A program made the translations under genes and the position numbers. A stretch of DNA of 63,980 bases, filler included, from Hausera hauseri (lineage: Eukaryota), in assembly GCA_046269625.1 (NCBI GenBank). It is 11 parts of 11 records of this genome, joined end to end, with 100 filler letters (N's around TTAATTAATTAA, not from the genome) between each part and the next. Parts side by side here need not be neighbours in the genome. Positions count along the whole stretch, not along the records: positions 49,405 to 53,937 come from JBJURY010538787.1; positions 54,038 to 58,071 come from JBJURY010804865.1; positions 58,172 to 63,980 come from JBJURY010185528.1; 8 more parts are not named here. The stretch is one strand, 5' to 3'. This document shows positions 50,123 through 61,999 of the stretch, piece by piece; position 1 is the stretch's first letter; every line of letters starts with the position of its first letter. Below the pieces are notes generated by a model, which worked only from the letters and a program-made list of their open reading frames with translations, was not told the DNA's origin and did not search any database.

Positions 50123-50680
50123 AAAGTTATTGAATAAAACACATAATGTAAAACAAGCAAAATAAAGATCAAATAAAATTCAGAACATTTATTTTGTTTC
50201 ATGTCAAACTCGTTCATCGAAGCGTATGATTCATCTGTACTGGATAGGGACGGTTCCGTCCTCATGAGTCGACGAGGTGGAGCCGGCTGACCGTTAGAGC
50301 CGGAGCTGTGCACCATGACTCGTCGTGATTCGGAGATTCTCTGGTTCAGAATCAACTGGCTCTCAGATAAAACCAGTGATTCGAACATCCGGTCTGCAGC
50401 CGACATCAAACTTCTAAAGACCGATACGAAGGCGGAGGAGTCGAACAGCCGTCGGCTGTCTCAGTTGGCATAAAACCTTCGGAGATGTCCGTGAGGGAAA
50501 CAATACGGATCGTTCTCGGACAACCGGGTGAGGTGCCGCACGAATCTACTCCGTTGCAGTAGCCCTCGCACCGTCATATAATCTGAATATGAACGGCACG
50601 GAGCTTGGCGGCTTCTCGGACGGTTTTTTCAAATTTTAAGGGGAATAAATTTTAAATTCGTGGTTTCTTTTTGATTTTAT

Positions 50681-53470
50681 TTATTTTTTTGTAAGGTGGA
50701 ACCTTACACTAAGCATATCGGTAGTAGTTTTTGGTAGCTCGATGTTTCGTAGTTGATGGATTCTATAAGGCTCTGGACTGTGGCCGTCAGGTGTGATGAT
50801 GTGGCCAAGGAAATTTACCTTTTTCTGAAAGAATGCACATTTAAAAAAGTTCGCTTTTAAATTGTAGTTGTGCAAGAGTTGGAAAACTATTCTGAGATGT
50901 TCTTCGTGTTGTTTTGGTGATGCTGATGCGACTAGTATGTAATCAATGTATGGATATGCAAATGACAAGCCTAAAAGAACTGAACCGATGTGCCGTTGGA
51001 AAGTTTGTGCTGCGTTCTTTAAACCGAACGTTATGAATGCGTACTCGAAAAGACCAAACGGTGTTATTATGGCCGTTTTGGGGATGTTTTTTGCTGCTAC
51101 CGGTATTTGGTGGTAGGCTTTTTCGAGGTCTATGGTTGAATAAATCGTAGTCTTGTGTAAAGAATGCAATATATCCTTAATCAACGGTAGAGGATAAGTG
51201 TCAATGGTTGTGACATTATTAAGTTGTCGATAGTCGCCGCATGGACGGAGTGTGCCATCTTTCTTTGGGACGACGTGGTGTGGTGATGCCCATGGTGATA
51301 TAAAGCGCTTTATGATTCCGGCTTGCTCGAGGGCAGAGAATTCCGCTTGTACTGCCTGTCGACGGCGTGGTAAAAGTGGACTGAGTTTCTGCCTAACGGG
51401 CCTAAGGTTTTCTGTGACGATATGATGAAACGTCGTGTTAGTCGGTCGAAGTGCTGGATCTTTTTTAATTGTATGAAAACAAGACTTGGTTAGATATTGC
51501 TGCATTTCTTGGCTAAGCATAGTAAAGGATGTTGTTGTCGCGACAGTGGTTTAATTGGACTTATTGTGTAAAATGCTAGAGATGGAATCGCCTAAATCGT
51601 CCTTGTGAACGCTTTTTTGTTTCTCTATTACTGGACTGTAACAAAATGTTTGATTATTTATATGGGTATTAATGACGTTCTTATTTGCAAAGGTTCTTTT
51701 AATATCGATTTTATAAGTGAAATAAGTTACGTGATTTGTTGATTATTTGAAGAGGTGGGTTTTGTTGGACTTCTCTTGATGATCTGACGTTGTCTACAAT
51801 CTACAAGGAGGTTGTAAAAAGATAGGAAATCAGATCCGAGTATTGGCAATTGTGTCGGCAACGGTAAATGTCCACTTGAAAATGTCGGAGAATTGTGGTA
51901 ATGTGAATGAAACTTTGGATGTGCCGAAAATGCGTAAGGCTTGGCCGTTTGCTGTGTACAGTTTAGTGTTAGACGGTGAGATAGATAGTGTTTTGATGGA
52001 TGGCGGTAATAAGGAAACGGCAGCCCCTGAGTCAATGAGGAAGTTGATTGATTGACTTGGATTGGATGTTAAGGAGGATTTTAATGTGAAGACAGCATTT
52101 GTGCGGCTGTAGCAATGTCGAGAGTAACCTTTGCCAGCATGCGCTGGAACATCTGGCGGCTTCATTAGTTCTTTAGATAGAAGGATTTGGGGAGTCAGGA
52201 GAATTACGATGGAATTGTTTAAGTCGACTGGAAAACGTGAAACCGTCGACGCAGTTTCGGGCTCTGTTACCGAACCCATTATGGTAAATGCAAACGACGT
52301 CGGGTTTTTGAAAGGCTGGTGTATAGAGTTTGCACCCCAAGCAACATTTGATGGATTGGTTTTTGAATTTATTGTGACAATAGCACACTATAGGTCGAGT
52401 AGGGGACCTAGAGGATCTAGAATTTTGCGGTGAGGCACGGCTGTGATTAGGTGTGAATCGATTTCGTCGCAGCATGGATAAATAGTCCAGTTTGAAAGTT
52501 AGAGCAAAAATGGTTTGGTGTATTGCCGTGTTTTCAGCTCGGAGAGTGTTTATTTGATTACTCAGCGCTACGATTTCATCATTGTGTGGTGTTATAAGAG
52601 GTTGCAATGCGACTGCGACGATAGGAGTATGATGTGTATTTAGTATATCGTAACTTTTATCAGCCAGTTGTGCTAACTTTTCTAACGTAGTGGTATCTTC
52701 AACTACTGTTAGTAAAGTGCGTATTTCTTTCGGTAGTGATTGAAGGAAATATCTGCGCAATAAGTCGGCGTTGTTGGTTTGAGTCAAAGATGTTTGTAAA
52801 AATTCAGAGGGTTTTAGTATGCCTATTGTTTTCATTGAAATATTTCTGGACAATGTTATCCAGAGAAGGCTCGGTGAGTTTAAGTACGGCGTTGAAGTGT
52901 TTCGTATGGGTCTACTGTCTGAAAAATATCGGAAAGATTTGGTAGTAGTGACTTAAGGTTGGCTAGTAAAAGTATTAATAGGCTATTGGCTTTGAAGAAA
53001 GGGTCAGTGATCTTATTCGATTTTAACCACTGCGCATAGAATTCTAGCCATGTACGACTGGAGTGTTGTTTATCTGTAAAATAGTCGTCACAATGGAAAT
53101 TGACCGAAGAGGGTGCTGCCAGTGGGACTAAAAAAGACGGCTTTAGCGGAACATGTATGGTTGGAATGTCAATAAAATCTTTTTGGTCCTGAGAAGATGC
53201 TTTTGGGTCAGATCCGCCTTGTAAACAGTAATGTGCAGTTAGTATAGGCGTCTAAGATAAGCGTGTGTAGTTGGTGATAATATCGGATTGCTGCAAAAAG
53301 AATTCATTAAATCTGAGACGGAAATTAGTCGGTAATGCTTCTCGTTGTACAGCCGCGAACAAATGTGCGATGGTTGCTGTTTAAAGTCTATAGTATGCGT
53401 ATGTGCGTTTATTTCCAAGTGAAAGAGGTAAAAATATGAAGTTTCCAGATATGTCGGGTGTACAGACATG
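50681..53470 (-). mobile_element. Gypsy element 5' part: Ubl - Gag - protease - RT (truncated)
   Basis: LTAHYCLQGG|SDP; NNADLLRRYFLQSLP; CYCHNKF; FLIDSGAAVS; RT 50681-51520 with PCGDYRQLN, IDLEKAYHQI, FGLKNAAQTFQR, YIDYILVAS. Confidence 0.9.
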
Positions 53471-54037
53471 TTTATTTTGTATGAGAAGAGAAATAGAGAT
53501 GAAAGTGTGTCACTTCAGGGGTACAGTGCGCCACCGGGGACACGGTCGCACCCAAAGTCCCTATATTATAATGACTGACCTTTCTAACCAGGGAAATCGG
53601 AACGGCAGTTGAGCACGAGATCATTGGGTTTATTTGTTGTACATCACGTGACCGAATTGTTATTAACTGAATGTAATAAATTTGAGGTTGAATAAACCGT
53701 TTTTGAAATTTTTAAATTATCTTCAGTTTCGATAGTGGATTTCGAAGTTTCGGGATCGTTTATTCTAAAATTCGATCGAAAATATCCAAAAGCAGTTAGA
53801 AATTCAATAATTTCAACATGGTATGAATATTCACGGATATATATATTTAGCAAATGCCAAATATTTCGTTTGAGAATAGTTCCATTAATGTATATATCTC
53901 CATTTGATGGCAAACATTTTTCTGAAATAACATTTAANNNNNNNNNNNNNNNNNNNNNNNNNNNNNNNNNNNNNNNNNNNNTTAATTAATTAANNNNNNN
54001 NNNNNNNNNNNNNNNNNNNNNNNNNNNNNNNNNNNNN

Positions 54038-54703
54038 CTCCTATGGTAACTGTTCCTGAGTGGTCTTCAAGTGCATCAGACATGATTTTTTCTAGGAAGA
54101 TGTTAAATAGTGTTTGGGATAGTATGCATCCTTGTCTAACGCCTGTGGATGTGTGGAACCATTCACCTATGTTGTTGTTAGTGAAACTGCACTAGCTGCT
54201 TTGGTATACAGTTGTTCTATAACTTGAATGAGATGTTCATCGATGTTATAATTAATCATAGTTGCCCATAAGGCGGCATGCCAGACTCTGTCAAATGCTT
54301 TCTTGTAGTCTATGAAGACGTATAGCAGGTCTTGTTGGTATTGCTGGTAATTCTCGCTCACTATCCTTAGATTAAAGACTTGTTCAGCGGTGCTCCTTCC
54401 TGCTCTAAAACCAGCCTGTTCTTTTGCGATGATGGTTTCTGCAACGTGTAGCAGTATTTTTAGTATTATCTTAAGCATGACTTTGCTTGCGTGGCTGATG
54501 AGACTAATGGTGCGATAATTTTGGCACAGTTGAAGGTTCCCTTTTTTGGTAACGGGATAATTAAGGATTGAGTCCAAGATGTGGTCCACTCTTTAGTTTT
54601 CAATATTTTATTACAAATCTGTGTTAAGATTTCAATCATTGACTCTCATCCAGCCTGGATAAGTTCGGCTGGTATGTTGTCAGCTCCAGCAGTCTTTCCT
54701 TTT
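54038..54703 (-). mobile_element. Non-LTR retrotransposon RT fragment (RTE-like)
   Basis: KKGKTAGADNIPAELI; KKGNLQLCQNYRTISLISHASK; EQAGFRAGRST; FIDYKKAFDRVWH; GVRQGCILS. Confidence 0.9.
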
Positions 54704-54707
54704 TTAA

Positions 54708-57435
54708 CACGTTCGCTGCTGCCCACTGAAATATCAGTGTCCCAGTTTATTCTCTGTACGCGGCTCACTGATATATCAGTGGCCCAGCGATAGCAGTTTT
54801 ATAGACGAATACATGGAGTCTGCTAGCTGAAAGTCAGTTTGTTACCCATTTCTTACTAGCAAGTAGCAGTATTATAGTCAAATACAAGTGGTATTTGTAG
54901 TTTTACTAGATGGGAAACGCGATAAAGTGACTTTTAGTGGTACACACTGTCCGAGTGTTATAGTTATTCTGTGTACTGTCCAGTTAGCTGCGATCTGATT
55001 GGTGACACGTGACACACTGACCGCGTGGGTTTTTCTACGGCCGTAGTAACGGGTAGCGGGTACATTTGAGAGTGCCTGAGTTTTGTTGTGACTTACAAAT
55101 TTGTTTGTATACTTTTGTCGCATTTTCATCGTTTCATTGTCATTTTATTATCATGGCTGCAAAGCGTAAAATTACCGAAGAGGAATTTATGCATGATTCC
55201 GATTCAATGGAATTTTCTTCATGTGATAGCAGCCGAGAAAGTGGTTTAGGAGAAAATAATGATAGCGAAAGCGAAAATTTAGATGGGCCAAGTGCCGTGT
55301 CGGAGGTTGTAGTTGGCAGTCAGAACGACAACTGGGAAAATATTTCACCAGATTACCACGCATTGCTGCCTACTTTCACGGCAGAGTCAGGTATTTCACC
55401 AATGTCAGGATTGTCGGCGCAGTCGTCTCCGTTGGATTATTTCAAATGTTTTATAACTGATTCAGTTATAGATCTCATGGTCACGGAAACAAATCGATAT
55501 GCGCGACAGTCTATTGAACAGTCGGAACTGAAGTGTCACAGCCGTGCGAGGAGGTGGAAAGAAACAGATGGTCTCGAAATGCACAAATTTCTAGGTGTTA
55601 TAATGCACATGGGGTTGGTAAAAAAAACCATCCATTGAATGCTATTGGTCAACGCATTTTGCATTAGCAACACCTGGAATCAATGCTGTAATGCCACGAG
55701 ACAGATTTCAGTTACTGCTGAAATACTGGCACTTTTCAAATTCTGAGACTTCTCCCGAGGGTGACCGTTTGTATAAACTTCGGGAAATAGTCACCAAGAT
55801 TACTGACGGGTTTGTAAGCACTTACAGACCAGGTCAGAATTTGTCTATTGATGAATCCATGGTGCTGTGGCGAGGACGGTTGATTTTTAGGCAGTACATC
55901 CCAGGAAAACGCCATAAGTATGGTGTAAAGTTATACATGCTATGTGAATCTGGGGGGTATGCTCTAAAGATCATTCCTTATTGCGGTAAACTGGATGTTC
56001 ATGCTGGCTTTGGTCATGCAGAATCTGTCGTTCTACACTTGTTACAAGGGCGTTTGAACAGAGGACACTGTCTCTTTCTGGACAACTTTTATACAAGTGT
56101 ACCGCTGGCGGAGAAACTTCTGCAAGAAGGCACCCATATCTGTGGGACAATAAGGTCAAACAGAAAATATCTGCCTGACACTGTGAAAAATACGAAACTG
56201 GCAAAGGGTGAAATGGTCCGCAGGCATAAACGAAATATAATGGTCATGAAATGGCACGACAAACGAGATGTGCTTATGCTGTCAACATTTCATCGTGGTG
56301 ATATAGTGGAGACCGCAAAGCTGAACAAAAATCGGCAAATAATAAAGAAACCCGATTGCGTTCTTCACTACAACACCAATATGAGAGGCATTGATCATTG
56401 TGACCAGCTGACATCATACTACGACCCGCTGAGGAAGACTGTGAAGTGGTACCGAAAGGTTGTCATTCGCACAATTGACATTGCAATTACAAATGGTTAT
56501 TTGTTGTATAGGAAGAACGGCGGGACACGGGACCAGAAATGGTTCCGGCTGGAACTAATAAGTAGTTTGTTCCATATGGATGGGCGTCTGCAAGAGCTAC
56601 CAGTTGCACCTACACAATTTTTAGCTCATCACAAATCGTCAGACACCACACGTCTTGTTGGACAACACTACATGGACATCCTACCAGTTGCAGATGGCAG
56701 CAAAAGGCGCACTAGCAGGAACTGTGTTGTGTGTACCAAACGTGGACAAAGGAAACAGTCTGTTTATTTTTGTAAAACGTGTACTTCAAAGCCGTCTTTG
56801 TGTGTGACGCCGTGCTTTGAGATCTTTCATAAAGAAAAGAATTTAGAATGATTCATAATGTAATATAACGTGAATGTTGTGCTGTATTGTTTAGTGAGTT
56901 GCTGTGTTATACTGGATTTTTTTCATGAATATTTTTGGTGGAATTCTTAGACTGTTTCCAGAGTTGAAATACGTGTGTCCGTTGATTTCACTTTCTAGAA
57001 CACAGCTTGATCACTTTTTTATGTCAGGTTGGTTTACATATTATAAGTACACATTTTCTGCCTGTGAGTATGAAGTCTGCTGTGTGTCCATATGAAAGCG
57101 TGCATATATGTTCGTGAGTGTGACAGATGTATGTATAGACGTATGTATTGTAGTGTATAATATTGCATCATTTTTTCACAAATGTTTTTTTGTGTATATA
57201 AAACCATGAATTAGATTGTGACGAAATATTCTAGTAAATTCATAAAATAAATACCGGTTACAAGTAAACACAATACTAAAATGTAGTTCTGACGTGGCTT
57301 TGAACATTCAGCCATGTAGCAGTAATACTGTCTTAGGTACTATGTATTGGAAGCCCAGGTCAAGCAGACTACACATTTTTTTACCTGCGCATCTTGGCTA
57401 GCGTGGAAGTAATTTTTCCGTTAGCAGCGAATGTG
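54708..57435 (+). mobile_element. Full-length piggyBac transposon with TTAA TSDs and 13-bp TIRs
   Basis: TTAA(54704-07)-cacgttcgctgct ... agcagcgaatgtg-TTAA(57436-39), 12/13 match; subterminal palindromes cactga-NNNN-tcagtg at 54724 and 54766. Confidence 0.93.
55153..56851 (+). CDS. piggyBac (PGBD4-like) transposase with a single +1 frameshift in an A8 run at 55620-55627
   Basis: ETNRYA; removing one A restores VKKPSIECYWST..MPRDRF; catalytic SIDESM, LDNFY, GIDHCDQ; C-terminal Cys-rich domain. Confidence 0.92.
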
Positions 57436-57607
57436 TTAATAGATGAGTGTTGTGAAAATGGCGCTGTGGCTATTTGCTGTTAGTGTCATGTTATTTGTAA
57501 CCTTATTTGAATAATGTGTTTATTAATAATAATGTTATAAATCATTTTATATAATTAATAATATATGAATAATTGTAATGGTAAATCTTACATTGTTTTT
57601 TCATCAG

Positions 57608-57732
57608 ATTGCACAGCTTGAGGAGAAACTAGAAATGTTGAAAAAACAGAAGTCAGAGCTTTTTTCACAGCTGAAGAAAGTTTTATATCAGGAAGAGGAG
57701 ACAAGACGCAGAGCGCAGCAAAAGGAACAGAA
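57608..57732 (+). CDS. GPS2: Single exon of a G protein pathway suppressor 2-like gene
   Basis: Polypyrimidine-cag acceptor and gt donor; IAQLEEKLEMLKKQKSELFSQLKKVLYQEEETRRR resembles the GPS2 coiled coil (LEEKL..K..LF.QLKKVL.EEE.RRR). Confidence 0.65.
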
Positions 57733-58171
57733 GTAAAATAACCTTTTTTTTTTTTTTAAAATGAAATATTTCAGTGTTATCAGGATTCTATTATTTCTGA
57801 AGAGGTTACATATTGATGTTTGGGAAGGCGATACACACGCGGTCTCACCTCTGCAGGCATATCCGTACTGCATGTGTATATCTCCTTCATTGTTTTCTTT
57901 CCTTCCTTTTGTCTGACCATCTTTCTTTCTTGCTAGTAGGCCAAGCATTGCATTACTGACTGTAAGGCCTCAGTTTACCCTCCTGGGTACCCACTGGGGC
58001 AGCAAGAAAGCTCAGGCTACTTCCTGTCATAGTCCGTTTCAGGATTAAAACAGCCTTTCTCAGGGATTGGGNNNNNNNNNNNNNNNNNNNNNNNNNNNNN
58101 NNNNNNNNNNNNNNNTTAATTAATTAANNNNNNNNNNNNNNNNNNNNNNNNNNNNNNNNNNNNNNNNNNNN

Positions 58172-58197
58172 GTCTGAAGCTGACCAAGACTTTCTAA
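58172..58197 (+). CDS. Last codons of a porin paralog (..LKLTKTF*), cut by contig start
   Basis: Near-identical to the C-terminus LKLTKAF* of the porin at 61055 and followed by the same 3' UTR. Confidence 0.75.
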
Positions 58198-58237
58198 TTT
58201 GACGCTGGGGTAACCCAGCAGAATTGATGAAGAAAGT

Positions 58238-58270
58238 AAAAACCCACCGTGGCAACACGGTGGGTTTTTT
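58238..58270 (+). terminator. Rho-independent terminator of the left porin
   Basis: aaaacccaccgtg-gcaa-cacggtgggtttttt. Confidence 0.9.
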
Positions 58271-58317
58271 GCATTCAAGCTCCTATACTGGCACCCACAA
58301 CATCGGGTGCATGCTTT

Positions 58318-59814
58318 ATGAATCAGCAGCAAAAGACTTCGCGTTATTGTCGTCGTGTGGGGTTTGGCTGTTCGCCTATGCAGGCCTTGCCGCAAGACCC
58401 TGTGGCCTGGGCGCAGGGGCAGGTGGAGCGGGTGCCGCCTATTGACCTGATGGAGCGCGATGGCAGTCGCACCCCGGGCACAGAAAAACTGCCATTGCTC
58501 TCGAAGATGGACGCGGTCATGACCGCCTTCCATCAACACCAGGAAACCGAGCGGGCTTCGTTTGCCAAATCCAGGGAGATGGGCAACCGCGAGTACGAGC
58601 AATGGCGTCGCCGCGAGATGCACCCCTACTGGCAGCTGGAACATTGGAAAGAGGTCCAGGCCCGCACCAGCACCGCGCGTTTTGGACAACAACCCGTATT
58701 CGAAAAACTCTGGCACTTCTGGGCCAACCATTTCATGGTTGCTCCGGGCAACCAGAAAAACGACACCTTGGTGGGGCCTTACCAGCGCATGCTGCGCACC
58801 CACATGACGGGGCAGTTTCGCGATTTGTTGTGGAACGCCGTCACCCACCCAGGCATGCTGGTGTACCTGGACAACAACCGCAACACCGGGCCCAACTCGA
58901 TTGCCGCCAAGCGCGGCTGGACCAAGGACAGCGTCAACGAAAATCTGGGCCGCGAGTTGCTGGAGCTGTTTACCCTTTCGCCCGCCGCAGCTTACACCCA
59001 GAAGGATGTGGAAGAAACCACCCTCATCCTGACCGGTTGGCGCGACAAAAAGCCCGACAAGTGGCACAAGCCCGGCGAGCCCTTGGGCACGTTTTTTGAC
59101 TTCAACCACCACGAGGCAGGTAGCCAAACTGTTTTGGGCAAGAAATACTCCGCCTTTTTTCGGCCAGACGGCAAGCTGCAAGACCTGGTGGACGATTTGG
59201 CGGTTCACCCCGCAACCGCAAAGCACATGGCACACAAGATGTGCGTGTACTTCATGGACGACACGCCCCCCGCCGCTGCTGTGGCTGCGGTGGAACAAGC
59301 CTTCGTGGCCAGCAAGGGGCACTTGCCCTCAGTGCACAAAGCCTTGCTGGAGCAGTGCTGGGTGCACCTGGAGGGCACACGTAAACTGGGTTCGCCCGAG
59401 GCGTGGTTGCTGCAAACCCTGGTCTATGGCGACGCGGACTTGCCAGCGACCATTCCGTGGGAGCCCGATACCCGGGGCATGAAAACGCATCACCTTCTGG
59501 GTGACTTGGGGCAAGAGCTGCCGCGTTGCCCGCAGCCCAACGGCTGGTTCATCAAGTCCAGCGACTGGATCTCCAAAGAAACGCTGGATCGCCGCGCCCG
59601 CGTCGCGCAACACTTTGCGCGCCAGTGGGCACGCGATATCGGGGCTGACCCCGCCAAACGACTCGCTGTGCGCGAGCGTATCCAGACCATTCTGGCGCGC
59701 GATTTTTCGCCCGGCCAGCCAGACCACCAGGTGGTGCAAGCGGCCTGGTCAGAACGGGACCTGATCAAGACCCTGGTGTTGATGCACGTCTCCCCCTCTT
59801 TGTTGTGGAGCTGA
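58318..59814 (+). CDS. DUF1800 domain protein
   Basis: EKLWHFWANHFMV, AVTHPGMLVYLDN, NENLGRELLELFTL, YTQKDV, LTGW, HPATA, LGQ..PQPNGW; start assigned to MNQQ downstream of the terminator. Confidence 0.9.
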   Translation: MNQQQKTSRYCRRVGFGCSPMQALPQDPVAWAQGQVERVPPIDLMERDGSRTPGTEKLPLLSKMDAVMTAFHQHQETERASFAKSREMGNREYEQWRRREMHPYWQLEHWKEVQARTSTARFGQQPVFEKLWHFWANHFMVAPGNQKNDTLVGPYQRMLRTHMTGQFRDLLWNAVTHPGMLVYLDNNRNTGPNSIAAKRGWTKDSVNENLGRELLELFTLSPAAAYTQKDVEETTLILTGWRDKKPDKWHKPGEPLGTFFDFNHHEAGSQTVLGKKYSAFFRPDGKLQDLVDDLAVHPATAKHMAHKMCVYFMDDTPPAAAVAAVEQAFVASKGHLPSVHKALLEQCWVHLEGTRKLGSPEAWLLQTLVYGDADLPATIPWEPDTRGMKTHHLLGDLGQELPRCPQPNGWFIKSSDWISKETLDRRARVAQHFARQWARDIGADPAKRLAVRERIQTILARDFSPGQPDHQVVQAAWSERDLIKTLVLMHVSPSLLWS

Positions 59815-59815
59815 C

Positions 59816-60973
59816 ATGAAGCGCAGACACTTTTTGCAAGGCTGCCTGGGTGGCGTGGGTTTAAGCCTGGCGGGGGCGCCCGCTGCTTGGGCGCAACAGG
59901 CGCCCAACACTCGCCTGTTGCTGGTGTTGCTGCGCGGCGGTATGGATGGCTTGTGTGCTGCCCCACCCTTGCAAGACAGCGACTACACCCGCATCCGGCC
60001 CAACACCGCTGTCAGCAACGCGCTGCCCTTGGCACAAGGGTTTGGCTTGCACCCTGCCTTGGCTGGTGTGCACGGTCTGTGGCAAACGGGGCAATTGGCG
60101 GTGGTGCACAACACCGGCTTCAAGTACACCGGCCGCTCGCACTTCGAGGGGCAAGACATCATGCAATCGGGTGTGCTCAAAGCCTACGCCTCGGGCACTG
60201 GCTGGGTGGGCCGCGCCATGGAGGCGGCCCAAAGCAGCGCTGGCGTGTCGATTTCCATACCCATGCCTTTGATCCTGCGCGGCAACCCCAATGCCACCAC
60301 ACAGTTTCCGAACTGGATGCCGCCGCTCAACGCCAGCACGACGGACCAGTTGCAGCAACTGTGGCAAAACGATGCTGCGCTGGCCCCTTATGCCAAGCCG
60401 ATTCAACTGGCCAACCAGCAACAAATGCAGGCTGGGCAGGCAGACTTCAAGGAAGCACGCACCTTGCAAGCCCTGGCGCGGCTGGCCGGGCAGGAAATGG
60501 CCTTGGACGAGGGCCACCGCGTGGGCTTGCTGGATTCGCGCCCCGGCTTTGACACCCACGCCAGCCAGGGCGCCAATACGGGCAGCCACGCAGAACGGCT
60601 CAAGGAATTGGACCAAGCCATCGTCCAATTCAAGCAAGCCGTGGGTGCCCAGTGGAAAAACACCCTGGTGCTCACCGTGACGGAGTTTGGCCGCACCGTG
60701 GCCGAAAACGGCACCACCGGCACCGACCACGGCGTGGGCTCTTGTTGCTTCCTGGCAGGAGGCTTGCTCACCGAGTCCAAGGTGTACGCCGATTGGCGGG
60801 GCCTGAAAGAAAAAGACCTGTTCGAAGCGCGCGACCTGCCCATCACCATTGATGTGGCCGCCGTTTATGCCCTGGCCCTGGAGCGCGTGTTTGGCTTGAG
60901 CGCAAAACACATCCAGAGCAAAGTGCTGGAGCACGAGCCCAGCGTGCACTTGAAGGGCTTGTTGGGGGTGTAA
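59816..60973 (+). CDS. DUF1501 domain protein with Tat signal peptide
   Basis: MKRRHFL; LLRGGMDGL; FGLHPAL; RSHFEGQD; GFDTHASQ; TEFGRTVAENGTTGTDHG; canonical partner of DUF1800. Confidence 0.92.
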   Translation: MKRRHFLQGCLGGVGLSLAGAPAAWAQQAPNTRLLLVLLRGGMDGLCAAPPLQDSDYTRIRPNTAVSNALPLAQGFGLHPALAGVHGLWQTGQLAVVHNTGFKYTGRSHFEGQDIMQSGVLKAYASGTGWVGRAMEAAQSSAGVSISIPMPLILRGNPNATTQFPNWMPPLNASTTDQLQQLWQNDAALAPYAKPIQLANQQQMQAGQADFKEARTLQALARLAGQEMALDEGHRVGLLDSRPGFDTHASQGANTGSHAERLKELDQAIVQFKQAVGAQWKNTLVLTVTEFGRTVAENGTTGTDHGVGSCCFLAGGLLTESKVYADWRGLKEKDLFEARDLPITIDVAAVYALALERVFGLSAKHIQSKVLEHEPSVHLKGLLGV

Positions 60974-60981
60974 CAGAGATT

Positions 60982-61013
60982 AAAAAACCCACCGTGTTGC
61001 CACGGTGGGTTTT
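60982..61013. terminator. Bidirectional terminator between DUF1501 and the right porin
   Basis: aaaaaacccaccgtg-ttgc-cacggtgggtttt, inverted copy of 58238-58270. Confidence 0.9.
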
Positions 61014-61054
61014 GACTTTCTTCTTCATCCGAGCTGGGTTACCCCAGCGTCAAA

Positions 61055-61886
61055 TTAGAAAGCCTTGGTCAGCTTCAGGCGGCTGGTGTTGCCACTGGTT
61101 GTGTTACCAACGCTGAGGTTGATGCTGGTGGTTTTGCTCAGACTGTACACAGCGGCAACAGCGGTGCCATTAGCAGCACCTTTCTTGCCATAGTGCAGAC
61201 CCAGAGTCACGGCACCCATAGGAGCGGTCACAACCACTTCAGTTTGCTTGTTGGTGTCGCTACCAGCTTGGAGCTTCATAACGCCCAGGTCATAAGCGGC
61301 GGTGTAGCGGCTACGCTTGTCGCTGGGACGATAGCTGTAGGAGGTGGACAGAGGACCGTTTGCATAGGCCGCGGCGTAAGTAGTACCGCCAGCATCCTTG
61401 AGCAAGTTAGATGTGCTGAGACCGGCAAATGCTGTGCCTGTGTTGCCACCAGTCAGCTCGGAGCCACTGACAGAAAGTGTCACGCCTTTGAACAAAGATG
61501 GCAGGGTGTAGCCCCAGGCTTGAATGGTGACATCGCCACCCAGAGCACCGTTGATGTCGGTGGGCAGGCTCTCCAGACCGCCGAGCATGAGCTGGCCAGA
61601 GTTGACCTGCTTGTATTCAACCTTACCGAAGCCACCTTCCAGTGCCATCAGGATGTTTTCAGAAGAGGTAGAGGTTGTATTGCGAGCATCGCTCACCAGA
61701 TCGAAAGAGCCAGAAACCTTCAGACCGCCACCCAGATCTTCAACCACAGCAAAGTTGACTTTGGCATCGGTTTTGTCGATTTTGGTGCCAGCGCTGGTGT
61801 TGTTGAAACCAACACCGATAGCGCCAGACAGGGTCACAGAAGATTGAGCGAAGGCGGTACCAGCAACTGCCAATGTAGCCAGAGCA
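61055..61886 (-). CDS. Betaproteobacterial general (trimeric) porin, intact except that the signal peptide lacks its Met/basic N-region (possible silent cassette)
   Basis: ALATLAVAGTAFA|QSSVTLSG, VEDLGGGLK, GGFG, YSLSKTT, terminal F; upstream of ALATL the sequence turns abruptly AT-rich and unlike porin leaders. Confidence 0.85.
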
Positions 61887-61999
61887 TCTACGTTATTTAT
61901 CAAAAGTAAACTAATATGTATTACAATAACAGATACGCAGATCATTCCAAACATTATGGTTTTTTATTTTGCGCATATGACATACATTGGACTTCAAAT

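Noticed and set aside
58071-58172. Horizontal transfer of a bacterial island into an animal genome
   Set aside because: The two sequences are separated by the artificial linker; there is no real junction.
58173-61079. The ~100-bp inverted repeats as IS/transposon TIRs
   Set aside because: They consist of porin C-terminal codons, 3' UTR and terminator; no transposase or TSD.
61887-61954. Upstream ATG extension of the porin (MFGMICVSVIVIHISLLLINNVD)
   Set aside because: AT-rich, unlike porin leaders, with no basic N-region and an Asp in the h-region; treated as fortuitous, though not strictly excluded.
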